Below are positions 46,957 through 64,000 of a stretch of 64,000 bases of DNA, piece by piece; position 1 is the stretch's first letter; every line of letters begins with the position of its first letter. Origin of the DNA: Oikopleura dioica (lineage: Eukaryota; Animalia; Chordata); contig OU015569.1 of NCBI GenBank assembly GCA_907165135.1, positions 7,378,001 through 7,442,000 on the forward strand, in the 5' to 3' direction. The translations under genes were made by a program, and so were the position numbers. Under the pieces are notes generated by a model. That model saw only the letters and a list, made by a program, of their open reading frames with translations. It ran no database searches and was not told the origin of the DNA.

Positions 46957-48886
46957 ATGTCGAATCCCTTTGCGGCGTACGGTTCTGGAAGCGAATCGGA
47001 CGATGATGCGCCAAGATTACCGAAATTGCCTAACTGTGCTCCGACCATTGTTACCGATTATGATGTTAGCACTGATCGAGCAGTTGATATTTCAAAGGGG
47101 GAAATTGTGTTCAATCCGACAGCGACGGAAATTTACATGCCAGAGCAGGGCCCGAAGCACCCTGAGCGTAAAACTCAGCAAGCTGCGGCTGAAAGAAACA
47201 TGCTTGCTGGATATGCGGAGAAGGAACACATTTCTGATTTCGCCTTCGAAACTCAACGAAAAACGTATCACTCATACGGTTACGCAGTTGATCCCTCGCG
47301 AGTAAGTAGTGGTTGATTATCTTCATCATTGATTGATGTTTATCCGTTCAGAATTTAGACGAAAATGGTGACGAGCTTGAAGAAACTAGGGTCATTTCAC
47401 AGACAGGTATTGATGAAGGGGCATCCGGGAACAATATCTGGCAAAGTGGTGTCCAACGAAAGAAACGAAAAAGAAATAAAAACGACGACACTGCTGATAT
47501 CGACAACTGGCAAGGTCCATGGGCAAAATACCAGGATGAAAAGACGAACGAAGAACTCGCTGCTAAAGGCGAAGATCGCGAAGAGATGGATGCTATGTTG
47601 AAGGAGCGGGCAGAACGGAAAGCCATCAAGCGACAAATGTTCGACGACTCTGACGAAGAAGTTGACACAACAACGGAAACATCGACCCTTCATGTTGATG
47701 GGAAAGACTACCAAGGAAGATGCTACATCAACCCCCCTCACGATGTTGATGTTATACTGACGAAAGAATCTGCCCCTGATCGTTGTTTCTTGCCGAAGAA
47801 ACTTATCCATACCTACAAAAGTCACACCAAAGCTGTTACTTCAGTGGAACAGTTTCCACTTACTGGTCATTTACTTTTAAGCTCATCTATGGACGGTAAA
47901 GTAAAAATTTGGGAGACTTACGGGAAACGCCGTCTTTTGAGGACCTACTGCGGTCATAACAAGGTAATTCATATCAGTAGGGTGTTTTAAACAAACTTAC
48001 GCTTTATTCAAGGGAGTAAGATGTCTTGATTTCACTTACGACGGAAAGAAATTCATGTCTGGAGCGTATGATCGACTAATGAAACTGTGGGATACTGAGA
48101 CTGGCCAATGCATACAAAAATTTTCGAACAAGAAAATGCCTTATGTGATTCGAATTCATCCCAATCCCGAAAGGCAGCACATGTTTCTTGTCGGCTCAAA
48201 CGACAAAAAAGTATCAGCATGGGACTGCCGCTCTGGAAACATTGTGCAGCAATATGATCGCCATCTGAACCCCGTGAATACCATCACCTTTATTGACAAC
48301 AACCGACGATTTGTGACGACTTCTGATGACAAGTCTATCCGAGTCTGGGAATGGAATATCCCTGTTGATTTCAAGGTAGCAAAATTCGTGAATTCACTGA
48401 CGATTGAACAAAACTTAAGTACATCGCTGACCCCGGGATGCACTCGATGCCTGCAATGACTAAATCGCCTGACCAAAATTTTTGCGCCGCCACGAGCTTA
48501 GACAATAAAATAAGCATATTTGACTGTTCCAATGGAAAGTTCCGACCAAAGAAGAAAAAGGAATTTAGAGTAAGGCCTTAAATTCTACCGTTTATTCAAT
48601 ATATTCCAGGGGCATATTGTTGCTGGATATGCTTGTCGGCCGTGCTTTTCGCCCGATCAATCATACCTTTGCTCTGGGGATGCAGAAGGAAAGATGTTCA
48701 TCTGGGACTGGAAAACTGGGAGACTCTATTCCAAATTTCAAGCTCACGATCAGGTCAGAATTTAAAGTTTCAAGAATGCAATAATAAATATACAATCAGG
48801 TGGTTATCGACTGCAAATGGCTGTATCACGAAACGAGTAAACTTGTCACTGCCTCATGGGATGGGAAGATCAAGCTCTGGGATTAG
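46957..48886 (+). CDS. CDC40: Pre-mRNA-processing factor 17 (WD40)
   Basis: FAFETQRKTYHSYGYAVDPS, GKDYQGRCYINPPHDV, CFLPKKLIHTYKSHTKAV, YDRHLNPVNTITF, DDKSIRVWEWNIPVDFK, GHIVAGYAC, terminal IKLWD*. Confidence 0.95.
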
Positions 48887-49018
48887 AAATCAGCTTTCTC
48901 CAGCGTGAAATAAAGTTCCTGAAACTAACCTTCGTGAAAAAGCTCAAGCTGCCCTTGAATGCAAACATGTTAACCCAATAAATTTTCACCCGAAAGATCT
49001 CATGTTTTGTTTATTTAG

Positions 49019-50873
49019 ATGCCACAAAGTGGTCGCAGATCAAGGTCGACCTCGCTCACTGGGCCCGCGCGCCCGCGACAGACAGCAGAATTCGCAGCGC
49101 TTATTCTCGCACAGGCGTGGATTGAAGTTGCAGGCGACAGAACGTCCTCTTAGATTGCATTAAAAATCCAACAAAGGGGTATCAAAATGGAAATCTAGAC
49201 TCAATCTCGCAAGATTCAAAGGCCCTTTTTCCCCTGGCCAATAAACCTATGCTTTATTACTCTATCAAGCAGCTAGAAAGCGTTGGTTTCGCCAGGAATG
49301 AGATCTATGTTGCGATTTCTGGTGATGACCTGAAAGAGTACGAAGCGGATGAGCGCGTTGTGCCAATTGAATCTCGCCTCCCCGATTCTAACTTTATCCG
49401 TGTGCGTCAAGTCGAATCTTCCTTGGATACTCTCAGGTTCGAAACTGCGCTCTTTACAATCCAGAAAAAATGATCATCTTTATAAAGAAGCTATCTTGTT
49501 CAACCTCGTTCAAAAATTATTTATTAGGAAAGCCGTCCGTGAAATCGATACCCGTGATGGTCTTCCAGAGAGTTTATTAGTCGTCTACGTGGACGTTGTT
49601 TGTTGCAAAGTACTCACAAAAGTTGCTGAAATTAGTCGCGTCTATGACCCAGCGCTTGTTTCAGTGTACGGTCCACGATCGACTGGTATAAAGTAAAATC
49701 ATCTAACTCTCTTTTATCAGCAGATGTTTTTGTTTAGCGTGAAGGACTTACCTGGAGCCGAATGTACGCATTCGATGGACAAGATAACAAAATTAATCTT
49801 CTTCAACGGAAAAGACGCCGACGAGACTGTCCGCAAAGTTTTCCTTACAATCGACACCGAGAATTGTAAAATAGTTGAGATTGGTTATTTTCAAACTTAT
49901 TTTCTAGATGATGATGAATCTATAAGACTGTCTCGTAGAGTTCTTACCAAAGGAGAAGGGCATGTAGAAACGTCGTCTGACCTTGATGACCAAGGCATAT
50001 TTCTGTTCCGCAAAGACATGATTCAATGGATCATTCACTCACCAGATGATAAACACTGGCAGTCCATACGAGACGATCTCATTCCAGTGTTGATTAAATG
50101 TCAATACAAACCCTACTCAGGTTCATTCTCCTACTCAGATTCTCATAAAAATGACACTCTTTAAAACTCTGATTAGATGATTTCCCGTTCTTGGAAACCC
50201 CCGAATTTCTTGCAGTTATTGACGAGTCGGGCACGACTCGGCTTGACTCGGTCGAGCATCTAATTTATGCAAATAGGAAAATTATAGCTCAAGAACTACT
50301 TCAGCAATGGGTAGTTAATTCACGCCCGGATCTCAAAAACTGCGACGTACGTATGACCTTGACAAGGGCACCTTGTATCGGAATCGTTCATATATTATCG
50401 AAAAGGTTGACGAGTCGACCATTTTCGGAGACAATGTGACCCGTTTCAACGACGCTGAGACAGAAAGAATCGTCAAGGATGACGCGTCGGACACTCTCAG
50501 TAACGATGCCCTGGAAGGCTGTACAAAGTTACTTATTCGCAAGTCCGTTATTGGACCGCGATGTCGCCTTGAATATCAGGCAACAGGTTGAATAATGTCA
50601 TCTTTCTGGCGCTATCGTTGTTTAAGACGACAAGAAGAAGACGACTACTATATCGAATTGTTACTTGATGGGAGATGCGCGAATTTCGACTGGTTGCAAA
50701 CTGAATAACTGTATTGTAGGCTCTGGAGTCACAATCGGCGAGCAGGTATCTTTTCCAAATTTGAACATTATTCGACATTTTTATAGTGCACGCTCGCGAA
50801 TTGTATTATCGGCCCTGGTGTGGTCGTGGAAAAAGGAAAGAATTTAAGAAATCAAACGCTGGAAATTGAATGA
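49019..50873 (+). CDS. EIF2B3: Translation initiation factor eIF2B gamma subunit
   Basis: EFAALILAQ|GYQ...KALFPLANKPMLYYSIKQLESVGF (nucleotidyl-transferase-like N-terminus), DQGIFLFRK, SIRDDLIPVLIKCQY, C-terminal left-handed beta-helix (IRKSVIG, LNNCIVGSGVTIGE). Confidence 0.85.
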
Positions 50874-50978
50874 GTTGATAGAATATTTGTCGCATCTTGT
50901 CATACTCGTATGTCCATGAACCACGTTCGCAGTTCAACAACGGATCTTAAATGTCCCATTAAAAGTTTCCATTTAAGA

Positions 50979-53475
50979 ATGTCCGATTTGATACAGACAA
51001 TTAACTCGGAAGATGAAATCGATTACTTGGACGATTCTGAGGATGAATTCCAAGAAAAAGTGTTCACAAAGAAAGACCGAGAAGAAATGTTGGAACCGCA
51101 CTCGTACCGTCCCTGTATTAATTTACGTATTTAGGAATCCATTCAACTCAGAATTGGAATTTAACGAAGAGGATCCTTTCTTGGATCCGATCGGCTTCGA
51201 TTCCGGTCTTTCGATGGCGAAGAAGAAGAAGAAGCGAACAACTCTGCAGGAGAAAATCAATAAGGTTCTGAATGATGAGGCGCTCACGCAGCCCGTAGAC
51301 GACGGCAATAAAATGGACACGACAATCGAAGCTTCTGGCGAAGAAAAAATAACTGCCGAAGACGACGATGTTATTGAAGACGACGAGCTACCCGCTGTTG
51401 TTGATTCGGTGAAGGAACGACAGACAACAATTAAAAAGAAAGCAACAGAGACGGACGAGTTCTTCGAGAATTGGGTGAAACCAGACGACGAGGACGAAAA
51501 AGAGTCGTTTGCTGACTATGGCTTCGAAAGAAAACTTCTAAAGGCGCTTGCGAATGTAGGCTGGACATCGCCTACTCCGATTCAAAAGGCTTCCATTCCT
51601 GTTGCTGTAACTGGAAGAGATATTTGTGCCTGTGCCACCACTGGGTCGGGAAAAACTGGTGCTTTCGTCTTGCCGATTCTTCAGCGATTCGCGCTTCGTG
51701 ATCCAGGCAAAGTAGAATCATGTACGCGGGTTTTGGTGCTGCTACCAACGCGTGAATTGTGCGTACAAGTTTTTGCCGTCTTCCGAAAGCTAGTGGCAGA
51801 GCTTGAGAATGTAACCGTCGCCTGTGCTGCAGGTGGCTTAGATTTGCAACAGCAGACGCAACTTCTGCGCCGCGATCCCGACATTTTGGTCGCCACTCCC
51901 GGACGTCTTATTGATCATCTCCACAATACTCCGAATTTTTCTCTGCAGGAAATCGAAATCTTAGTTCTCGATGAAGCAGATCGAATGCTCGATGAGTTCT
52001 TCGCCTCTCAGATGAAAGAAATTTTATCTCAAACTTCTAAGCACCGCCAGACAATGCTCTTTTCTGCTACAATGACAGAAAGTGTTCAAGAGCTTACTGA
52101 TGTAGCTCTAACGAAACCGATGAAGATCTTTATTTCCTCGAATACTGATGTAGCTGATGGCCTCGAGCAGCAGTTCGTCAGGATTCGGCCTGGACGAGAA
52201 GGAGACAGAGAAGCGATCGTGGCAGCCCTTCTGACCCGCTCTTTTCCGCGATTTACTCTTCTCTTTACGCAGGTTCGCTAAATTGTATATTCTATTGTCT
52301 ACCATGAACAAAATCAGACTAGGAAAATGGCTCATCGTATGCACATTCTCCTCGGTTTGCTCGGATTGAAAGTGGTTGAACTTCACGGTTCTATGTCTCA
52401 AACTGCTCGACTCGAAGCGCTGGCGAATTTCAAGAATGGAACCGCTCACATAATGGGTACGCAACTGAAGTGAGTTCTTTACAGTGATTAATATTTAAGT
52501 TTGTACCGATGTGGCGGCGCGTGGTTTAGATATTCCCAGTGTACGGACGGTCATCAATATGACTCTTCCAAATAATTACAAAAGTTATGTTCATAGAGTG
52601 GGAAGAACTGCAAGAGCAGGAAAACAAGGAAGATCGATTTCTCTCGGTAACTTACTGTATTTAATCCATATCTATGCTGGTTTAGTTGGCGAATCTGAAT
52701 GGAAAATTTTGAAAATGATCATCAAGGCGAGCAAAACAAGCTGCAAAACTAGAACCGTAGCGGCAGAAGTCGTCAGCAATTTTAAAACGAAATTGAACGA
52801 GTACGAGACGAAAGTAAAAAAAATTATTGACATGGAAAATGAAGAAGCTGCTTTAGCTGCCATTGAAAATCAAGTCAACGCGGCGAAGAACAAGGTAACT
52901 CGTTAAATAATAATTATTTATAAAGACAACATATAGCTGGAAAACGGACCAAAAGAAAAACGTGGCTGGTTCCAGACAAAATACGAACGTGAATTGGAAA
53001 AAGCCGACAGAATGTTGGACGCGCACTCGGGCATCAAGAATAGAAACACGAGAGGCAAGCAGAAGAACAAAATCGACACGAACACAGCAGAGGGCAGAGC
53101 TCAGCTGGAAATGCAGAAGGCAGAAGCCTTCAGACACCGAGAGCAGAAACGCGCAAAGAAGGGAAATAGATTGAGAGCTCGTATGTATCCTATTTTTGAA
53201 GCCGAAAACCTAATGATTGTTCAGTTGGCTCTGAGCAAGTGCAAAAAGAAAAATTGGAATCCCGCGAGAAGAAACTTGCACGTAAAGATGGAAAAAAGAA
53301 ACGCTCTGGTTTTGCGCGAGACTTGGCAGATGTGAACCAAAAAGCCGTCAAGTTCCACAGATACGTCAAAGATCAGGACCGCTCGAGTAAGACAAAGGGC
53401 CGTGGTGCGAAGAAAGGCAAGGGACAAAATATTTCAAAAGTCGGCGGAAAAGTGAACAAAAGAGGAAAGAGATAA
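50979..53475 (+). CDS. DDX27: DEAD-box RNA helicase DDX27 (Drs1), 60S biogenesis
   Basis: [96 protein letters not shown]. Confidence 0.93.
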
Positions 53476-53563
53476 TGTCTGTACACTTGTTTATGACTGG
53501 ATAAAGAACGGAAATAATGATCATAATATACAACTATAGATCTTTCTTGATTTAGAAAAAGAC

Positions 53564-55550
53564 ATGGAAGTCGACGAGCTCAGAAGAATGCTGGTAGAAG
53601 AATTAGCAGATGATCTGGTGCGCTCGAAGAGCTTCAAAATATTGCAAGACGCTATTCTCGATATCGCTTCCAGTTCCGATCTGAATTTACTTGATGACCA
53701 AGAAAAATTAATCGATCATATTCTTCGAAAGGTTGTCGGTAAGATAAGCGGACTCTTTAGATTCTTGAATTTTTAGGGGAGAATATTGAAACGCATTTCC
53801 TCAACGAAATCTATTCTCATCTGTATGGCTATAAACAGATCTCCTCAACCGAAACTTCGTATTTCCCTGACGAGCCGGACTGGATCATCTCAGGTAGAAT
53901 AAAATGGCTTCGGAGAGTATCAAAGGGACTGGAAAAGATCTCGACGGAGCTTAAAATTCCAAGTGTTCGCAAACGGTCGCCCGAAATGGCGCGTGAATTC
54001 AATCGTAAATGGACTGAGATCTCGACGATCCAGCAAAACCTCGAAGGCATAAAACCGATTTACGCTCCTAGGGAGCTTTACGAAGCGTGTAAAATGTGCG
54101 TTGAAGAAGCTAACGCCGGCAAGGAAAATATTCCTCTGGGCGAAATGCCGGCTCCTGTAAAGCTACGCACCCTCGAAGACGCCCGGGATATCTTTTGGAC
54201 GGCACAGACGACAGCTGTGTCTGACAAATCGAACTGTATACAGGCGCGTAGTATTCTAAAAGGATTGAAGTACAACGGAGAATCCCGCGGTGATCTCTGG
54301 AAAGCTTCTCTTCAAGTCGAACCAACGGCGGCCGATCGAGCGAACTACGAGCTCCTGCGACGCCAAGTGTCGGAATTTGAATACGTATCAGACAAGCTCC
54401 TGCTCAATGACGTTAGAACCAACGCCGGAAACGACGATTTTTACTTTGTTTTTGTTGATTACATCCTCCAATGCTTAATGATTTTTTCAAGAGACGAATC
54501 CAACGCCAGAATAAGTAAACAAGCACTGGACAGGGTTGCGTCAAAGCAAAACAAAAAAAAATAATTCATTAAAATGCTCTTATTTTACGATCGCTTATTG
54601 AATTAGCCTAAATGCCATGTGATACCCTCAAATTAGAACAAACTGCGGCTGAAGACGACGAAAGATACCCGCCCTCGAAGGTGCTGCCTTTCTATGGCTT
54701 CTCATTTTTTGTGGCACCTATTTGCTTTCTCTTCTCTGATCCCGTAATTCTCTACGCAGTCTTCCGCAAAATGTACCTGAGATATTTTATTAGACTTCAT
54801 TCTATTGCTGAAGCTCCGTTTCATGACCCAGGAATGGTAAATTATTGTCCGATTGCTACTTTTGTCGTATCGTTTATCATCAGGGAGCGTCGATAAATAC
54901 CTTCAAATAAGCTTACAAATATAACGAACATTCCTCTGGCAGCGCGCACTTCGTCGAAGATCTCTCATCAACATCAGAAGACCAAGAGCTGCATTCTCCA
55001 GATAACAAACAAATAGATCATGGAATAATCGGACTGGCACATCAATTCGAGTATTTTTTCAAGCAGCGCGACCCCGCCCTTTTCAGGCATCTACACGAGT
55101 AAGCTAGAAGAAACTCGCAAACTTTATTGAAATCTCTAGCATTAATTGCAGACCCGTGTTAATATGCTTTCGCTGGCTTGTGAAAGGGTTCTCTGGTGTA
55201 TTGCATGTCTCCGAAGTATTGCGCCTTTGGGACTTTATTGTCGGGCACGACTCGTTAGGTTCGCAGCGTTTCATGATTCCTTAAACCCGATAACGAGAGT
55301 AGGAGTATTATAAAAATTGCATAAATGCTTTCTCACTCGTTATCGTATAATTTAAAACTCTGTTTATCAGACTTACTATTTGAAACTTTTAGAAATTTTA
55401 TCGGTATTTTCGGTTGGCGTTTTCCTTGTCAGGCGTCAATTTCTACTCGGCTGTGGCGCCTCCGTTGATGCAGAAGCCATCCTTAGCGATCTATCGACTC
55501 TCAAGGTGAAGCCAGTTCTGGAGCTCGTTTTCAGTGGTCGTTTTGCGTGA
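53564..55550 (+). CDS. TBC1D19: TBC1 domain family member 19
   Basis: DKLLLNDVRTNAGNDDFYFVF, YPPSKVLPFYGFSFFVAPICFL, LYAVFRKMYLRYFIRLHSI, FRWLVKGFSG, LWDFIVGHDSL, AEAILSDLSTLKVKP. Confidence 0.88.
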
Positions 55551-55712
55551 GCGTCAAATACGTTCCTCTCTCTTTTGTTAGATAAATATTGTCTTCCACC
55601 CCACTCCTCTCATAATTTCATTGTTCTATTTTTATACTGTAACAAAGGAAATATTTTCATATTTGAGCACGCGATCATATTTGGATTAATTTAGAAAGAC
55701 CGATTCTGAAAC

Positions 55713-57605
55713 ATGGTTCAAATAGAAGAAATTCCATCAGAGCCAGTGGGTATTCCCATCAAAAAGACGGAGCCGATTAAAGAAAAAACAGACACAATTA
55801 AAGATGAAAAAGTTAAACCAAAGGTCAAGGTTGAAAGACTCCCTAAATTTCATAACAATTTTATTCGAGAAAGAAAAAACACTCAACCCGTTGAAGAAAA
55901 AAGCGAAACGGTTCACTATTTCCCTGAATAACGTAGAACCAAAGAGTGCAGAAAAGGACGAAAACAGCCGTGAGTCAAAGCTGGAGAAAGAACTGGACTG
56001 GAACTCGAACAAGTCAAATTTCCCGCGCATGACCAAAGAGGCGATTATGGAAATCTGCAAGAAGAACAAACAGTATCGAACTCCTTACCTTAATGATCAG
56101 CTTTACCTTCATTTCAAAGGTTTTGGGTGGTTGTCTTGGGGAGTTTTTAACGTTATCTTAGGGTGGTGGCGAATCGAAAACCTCGAAGAATATACTGGAG
56201 TGCGATGTCTCTGGCTTGAATCGAATGGTTTGCGAAAAATTGAAGGTCTTGGTGAATGCCGACTTTTGAGAAGTCTGTATTTGCAACAAAATCTCGTTGA
56301 AAAAATTGAGAACCTCGAGTAAGGCCAAATTTCATTTCTTATTTAATAAAATTTCTTTCTAAAGAAATTGCCAAATGCTATGCACACTTAACTTGGAGTC
56401 AAACTTGCTGAAGAAACTCGAGAATCTCGATTGCCTCCCGGATCTCCAGTCACTGAACATCTCAAATAACCACGTCTCAACTTATGAAGGATTGCTTCAT
56501 CTAAAGGCAAGTTTGTATCTGGTAAACTCTTGATGACTGGAAACTTTAGGACCTGAAAAAAGTCTCTGTTTTGGACTTACAAAATAATCGGATCGAAGAC
56601 CCAAGAGTGGTTGAAATATTCGAAGCGATGGAAAGCTTGCGCGTCCTCAATCTATCCAAAAACTCTGTCGCCAGCAAAATTAGAAACTACAGAAAGGTAA
56701 TCAAAACGACTGATCTATAAAGAATAACTTGAAATAATGTTGTCTTGGTGTTATCCTTTTCCCGAGTGGTGATTCATTAGTAACTTCAGACGATGATTGT
56801 GCGTTGCAAGGAGCTCACCTACCTCGATGACCGGCCCGTTTTCCCTCGAGATCGGGCCTGTGCCGAAGCATGGATGAAAGGCGGCATCGAAGCGGAAAAG
56901 GAAGAACGCCAAAAGTGGCAAAACAAAGATAGACAGAAGATGAACGCTTCCATCGCGTATCTTAGAAATCTCAGAGAAAAAGCCGAAGCGAAGAGAGCCG
57001 CCGCAAAAGCCGCTGGCGAGGAAGATTACCAAAGCTCTTCCAATGATAGGTAGTTATAAATACTTTTATATCTTTTTTACATCTTCCTTGCGTTAAGCGA
57101 TTCCTCAAAATCTGAAGAGGTAGAGCAGCCTTGCACTCGTCCACTTCATGAGCTTATGAATGAAGAATCAACCAACGAGGACGCAAATGTTTCGGAAAAG
57201 TCATTCTCTATGGACGACCTCCCAGATCTTGAAACTGTTGATGCAGCCGGAATGCAAGAATTGACGAAACCGGCGCCGAAGGGCTTCCGAAACGTCACGA
57301 TCTTGAATGATTCTGATAGCGAGTCTGATTCAGATTCTGAAGATATAGTTTTAAACGTCCCTTCGACTACGACCGTTCCCGTCGAGGAAAAGTCGAGTGC
57401 AGAACAGCCACAAAGCACATTGTTAGAAGCAAAATCGGAAGCTTCTTCCATTCTTAACATCGCCCAGCAAACTAAGCCCGAAGAAGATGTAGAAATGCTC
57501 TTCCAGAAAGTTGAACGGCCGCAGGAACCTATTATGCAAGCGCCCGTCGCATCTGCAGCTAAGCCAATGATCCAAGAGCTCGATTCCGATGACGAGGAAT
57601 CGTAA
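55713..57605 (+). CDS. DNAAF1: Dynein axonemal assembly factor 1 (LRRC50/ODA7), LRR protein
   Basis: [57 protein letters not shown] repeats, [29 protein letters not shown]-terminal PMIQELD motif. Confidence 0.92.
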
Positions 57606-61196
<3,591 letters not shown>

Positions 61197-61766
61197 CCTT
61201 TTCTTTCAACACCTGTTCACTTTACCTCCTACTGAACTTACTGAACTCCGACTTGTATTTTCTGAAACTGATTAAACTTTCATTCCATTTGACACAATTT
61301 AAAAAAACGGCTAAAAATATGCTAACATTAACGCAAAACATCATTTGAAAATTGCTTTTATACTGGCAGTGTTCAAATTTCGCTTTTCTATCTATTCATA
61401 TAATTCAGGATCGTGTTGCAGAGAAACACTTATAGGTGCAAATGACAGAAAATCTCGCATATAAGATTAAAGTAAAGGTATTGGTGATAAAGCATTTGAA
61501 GAAATCAATTGTGTTTGAGTAAAGTGTGTACAAAAGTTATTTATGTAGGTAAAAAGTTTTCACTAGTAAAATACAGTATTATATGCACTAAACGAGCCAC
61601 ATGATAATTATAGAATTAACACAAGGTAAATACGATAGGTAAATAGGCCGACAAGCGGATGATTGTTCAGTCATTTTGACAGTCAGTGCCAAATCGTTTG
61701 GGTCTGTCCTCCATATGCATGTATTTCCGCAAGAACTAGAACTCATTTTATGCAAACCCGCTGAAA

Positions 61767-63523
61767 TCATCTTACCGAGGAGCTCTGGCATTGTTTATCA
61801 AGAATATCAATAGCCAGAGAGAAAGGTGACAGCGCGATGTTGTAGCAAACATCTGTGTAGCCCTCTTTCAGCTCGATGCCCTCGATGGTAAGCCCTGGCG
61901 GCTCGTAATCCCTGAACTCGACGGCCAACTCTTTGACGGGGCGATATCCTTTGACGCACTTTTCCGCGTTTTCGGTATTCATCTTCTCGAGAATGGCCAT
62001 CTCTGCGGTCATCTTCTCCTCGCCAAACTCTTTCACCTTTCTCCAAAATGTCATGTTCGCCGCTTCGTACACTCTTGTATCCACATTCTGCCACCGACGG
62101 ATCTTTTCCTTTGTATCCTCTTCAAAATGTTTTCGCTGTGAGATATTCTTGGACATGGTCGCTATGTCGCTCCACGTCATGCACAGAAGATGTCTGAGCA
62201 AAATGAGTGATTGTGGCAAATACTCCGAGAGCAAGACGAGATCGAATTCGTTGTCCACTGCAGAAATGATCTCAGCCATTTCGTCATCGCTCGGCAACGT
62301 TTTCAAAAAGTTGTCGAATCCCATTTGAAAGGTCATCGAGTTCCGTGTCACGAAATCGGCGCCGCCAGCTCGACTAATCTCAGAGTTGATACTATTACTT
62401 TCTTTCGAGTACCTATATTTTTCAGGCGACGACACAAAGTTCTCCACAGTCTTGGCTTGTTTGAAAGGTGGATTCCGAGGGAAGTATTTGAACAACGAAG
62501 GAAAGAGTGTTCCCGGATCTCTACATACATTTTGAACGAATAGGTAAAGAGTATTTAAACAAACCTGAGAATCGTTATTCTGTAAGAATCTGATTTTGGA
62601 AAAAGGTCGGCGACTTCCTTTGAATATCTTGTGTGCTGCTGCAGGATATCTGGGCGGCTTCTGTCGGGCAAGGGAAGCATCATCTTTTTCGCAAAAGGCT
62701 TTCTGTAGTTAAAAATGAGAGCCCCATTCGACGGAAAGGCAAAGGTCTTGTCCGTTCGCAAACCGTATCTGTAGAGGATATTTTCGATGACAGAGGACGC
62801 CGTTTTGTGAGTCTTCAAAAAGTAGAGTCTATCTTCATGGAGCGCAACAAAATTTTACATATTTTTCATTCAAAAAAACCATCACTCCCTTCCTTTTTGG
62901 CGAACACAGTGTTCTGGGGTCGCATCGTAATCGATTCCATCAGATTTATCGTTCTCATTTAGAATCACTTTCAAGATTTAAACAACTAACGATATAAATA
63001 AGCCTTCGTAGCGTGTTTAATAAATTCTGTCTGTATGAACGCTTTCATTCCAAGTTATTTTGGCATTTAAATCGGTCCTTGTTCTTGTACGAGTTCGGGC
63101 GCTTTCTTCCCATCTTCAAGTTGAACTGGAGATGGGAGATCCTTAGTCCGCGAAACGATAAATGGCTAATAAATATTTTCCATGGGCCTTATTAAAAAAG
63201 TCTACCGAAGTTTGTGGAAACTCGACGATGAATTTTCCACCAGCGAAAAACCAGCCAACGGAGACGGAACACAGGATCGTCAACAGCAGAAAAAGACTGC
63301 GCACAATAAAGGTTTTCCATAAAACTGTTTTACTCTCAGTCTGGCCGAATCCACTCTTGGATAAAAGAGACCGCTTTGATCCGCCCACTGAAATGGGATT
63401 ATCCGAAAACGTCTGGACAAATTATCACTACAATTGATATAAACTTCGCGAAGACAAAGTATAAGAGAGATATTCTATCCATAACTTACCGCTACTTGTC
63501 CTTATTAGCGGCACTGCTTCCAT
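61767..63523 (-). CDS. Galactose-3-O-sulfotransferase family (GAL3ST), type II membrane protein
   Basis: Start exon MEAVPLIRTSS, TM segment LFLLLTILCSVSVGWFF, FMKTHKTASSVIENILYRYG (5'-PSB), ITILRNP...FPSLFKY, NSMTFQMG, FDLVLLSEYLPQSLILLRHLLCMTWSDI. The 3' end is uncertain. Confidence 0.88.
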
Positions 63524-64000
63524 TTTGATATAAAAAGCGAATCGCCCTTTTATTGATTAATTATAGTAGTCATCACTGTTTTGTGCTATTTTGCATATCG
63601 CGGTTGGGACCTAGTCACCCGCCGTAGGCTGGGTCATCCAACAAATAAGAGTCTTATTATAAGACGCCAAGGTGGGAGGGCTTCTCAAAAATAATGTCGG
63701 ACTCTTTCGGGGCGATGCGGGGCTCGTTGCGCGGCCTTCGAGAAAACTCCGCGCAGAGCGATCACCTACGCGCCACAATTTTCCTCAATGTTACGTCACA
63801 AAATATCGAGCTTCAATACAATTCGGTTCAAACGTTGATAAGACTCCTTAGAGACTCCGAAGCGCTAGAATCTACTTCTCTCGTCTAATATTACCGGTGA
63901 GAAATGTTTTGCGTTGATTGATGATTTCAACTTGCACAATAGATTTTAATAAGTTTTTAACACATACTTTTGACTTTGTCTTGTTTCTCTTAAATTTATC

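Noticed and set aside
63694-63888. 64-aa plus-strand ORF near the window end
   Set aside because: No recognisable motif; it may be a first exon of a gene beyond the window but cannot be supported here.

Overview
This is eukaryotic, AT-rich, very compact genomic DNA with many 35-60 nt introns, several GC-AG and probably GA-AG introns, and a run of co-oriented genes about 60-550 bp apart. That architecture matches the larvacean tunicate Oikopleura dioica or a close relative (inference, no database search run). Genes in order: 3' end of a plakin (+); a short d4/DPF (Requiem-N only) gene (-); a 9-kb gene-poor interval with non-autonomous DNA transposons and seven islands of a clustered TCACG pentamer (the seventh in a CHD intron); a CHD7/kismet-type remodeller (+) with an unusual C-terminal [LM]DPxx[LM] repeat region; a divergent POT1-like OB1+OB2 gene (-) that seems to lack the TPP1-binding C-terminus; ZMYND8/RACK7 (-); an orphan RGG plus K/E/S-rich gene (-). 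A bidirectional promoter then precedes a probable nine-gene trans-spliced operon (COP1, MCCC2, MVD, CDC40, EIF2B3, DDX27, TBC1D19, DNAAF1, MAP4K4-family), followed by a convergent GAL3ST-family sulfotransferase (-). No rRNA, tRNA, CRISPR array or autonomous transposase was found. Gene models were spliced by eye, so exon boundaries are approximate. Family calls come from recalled motifs, not from alignments I ran.
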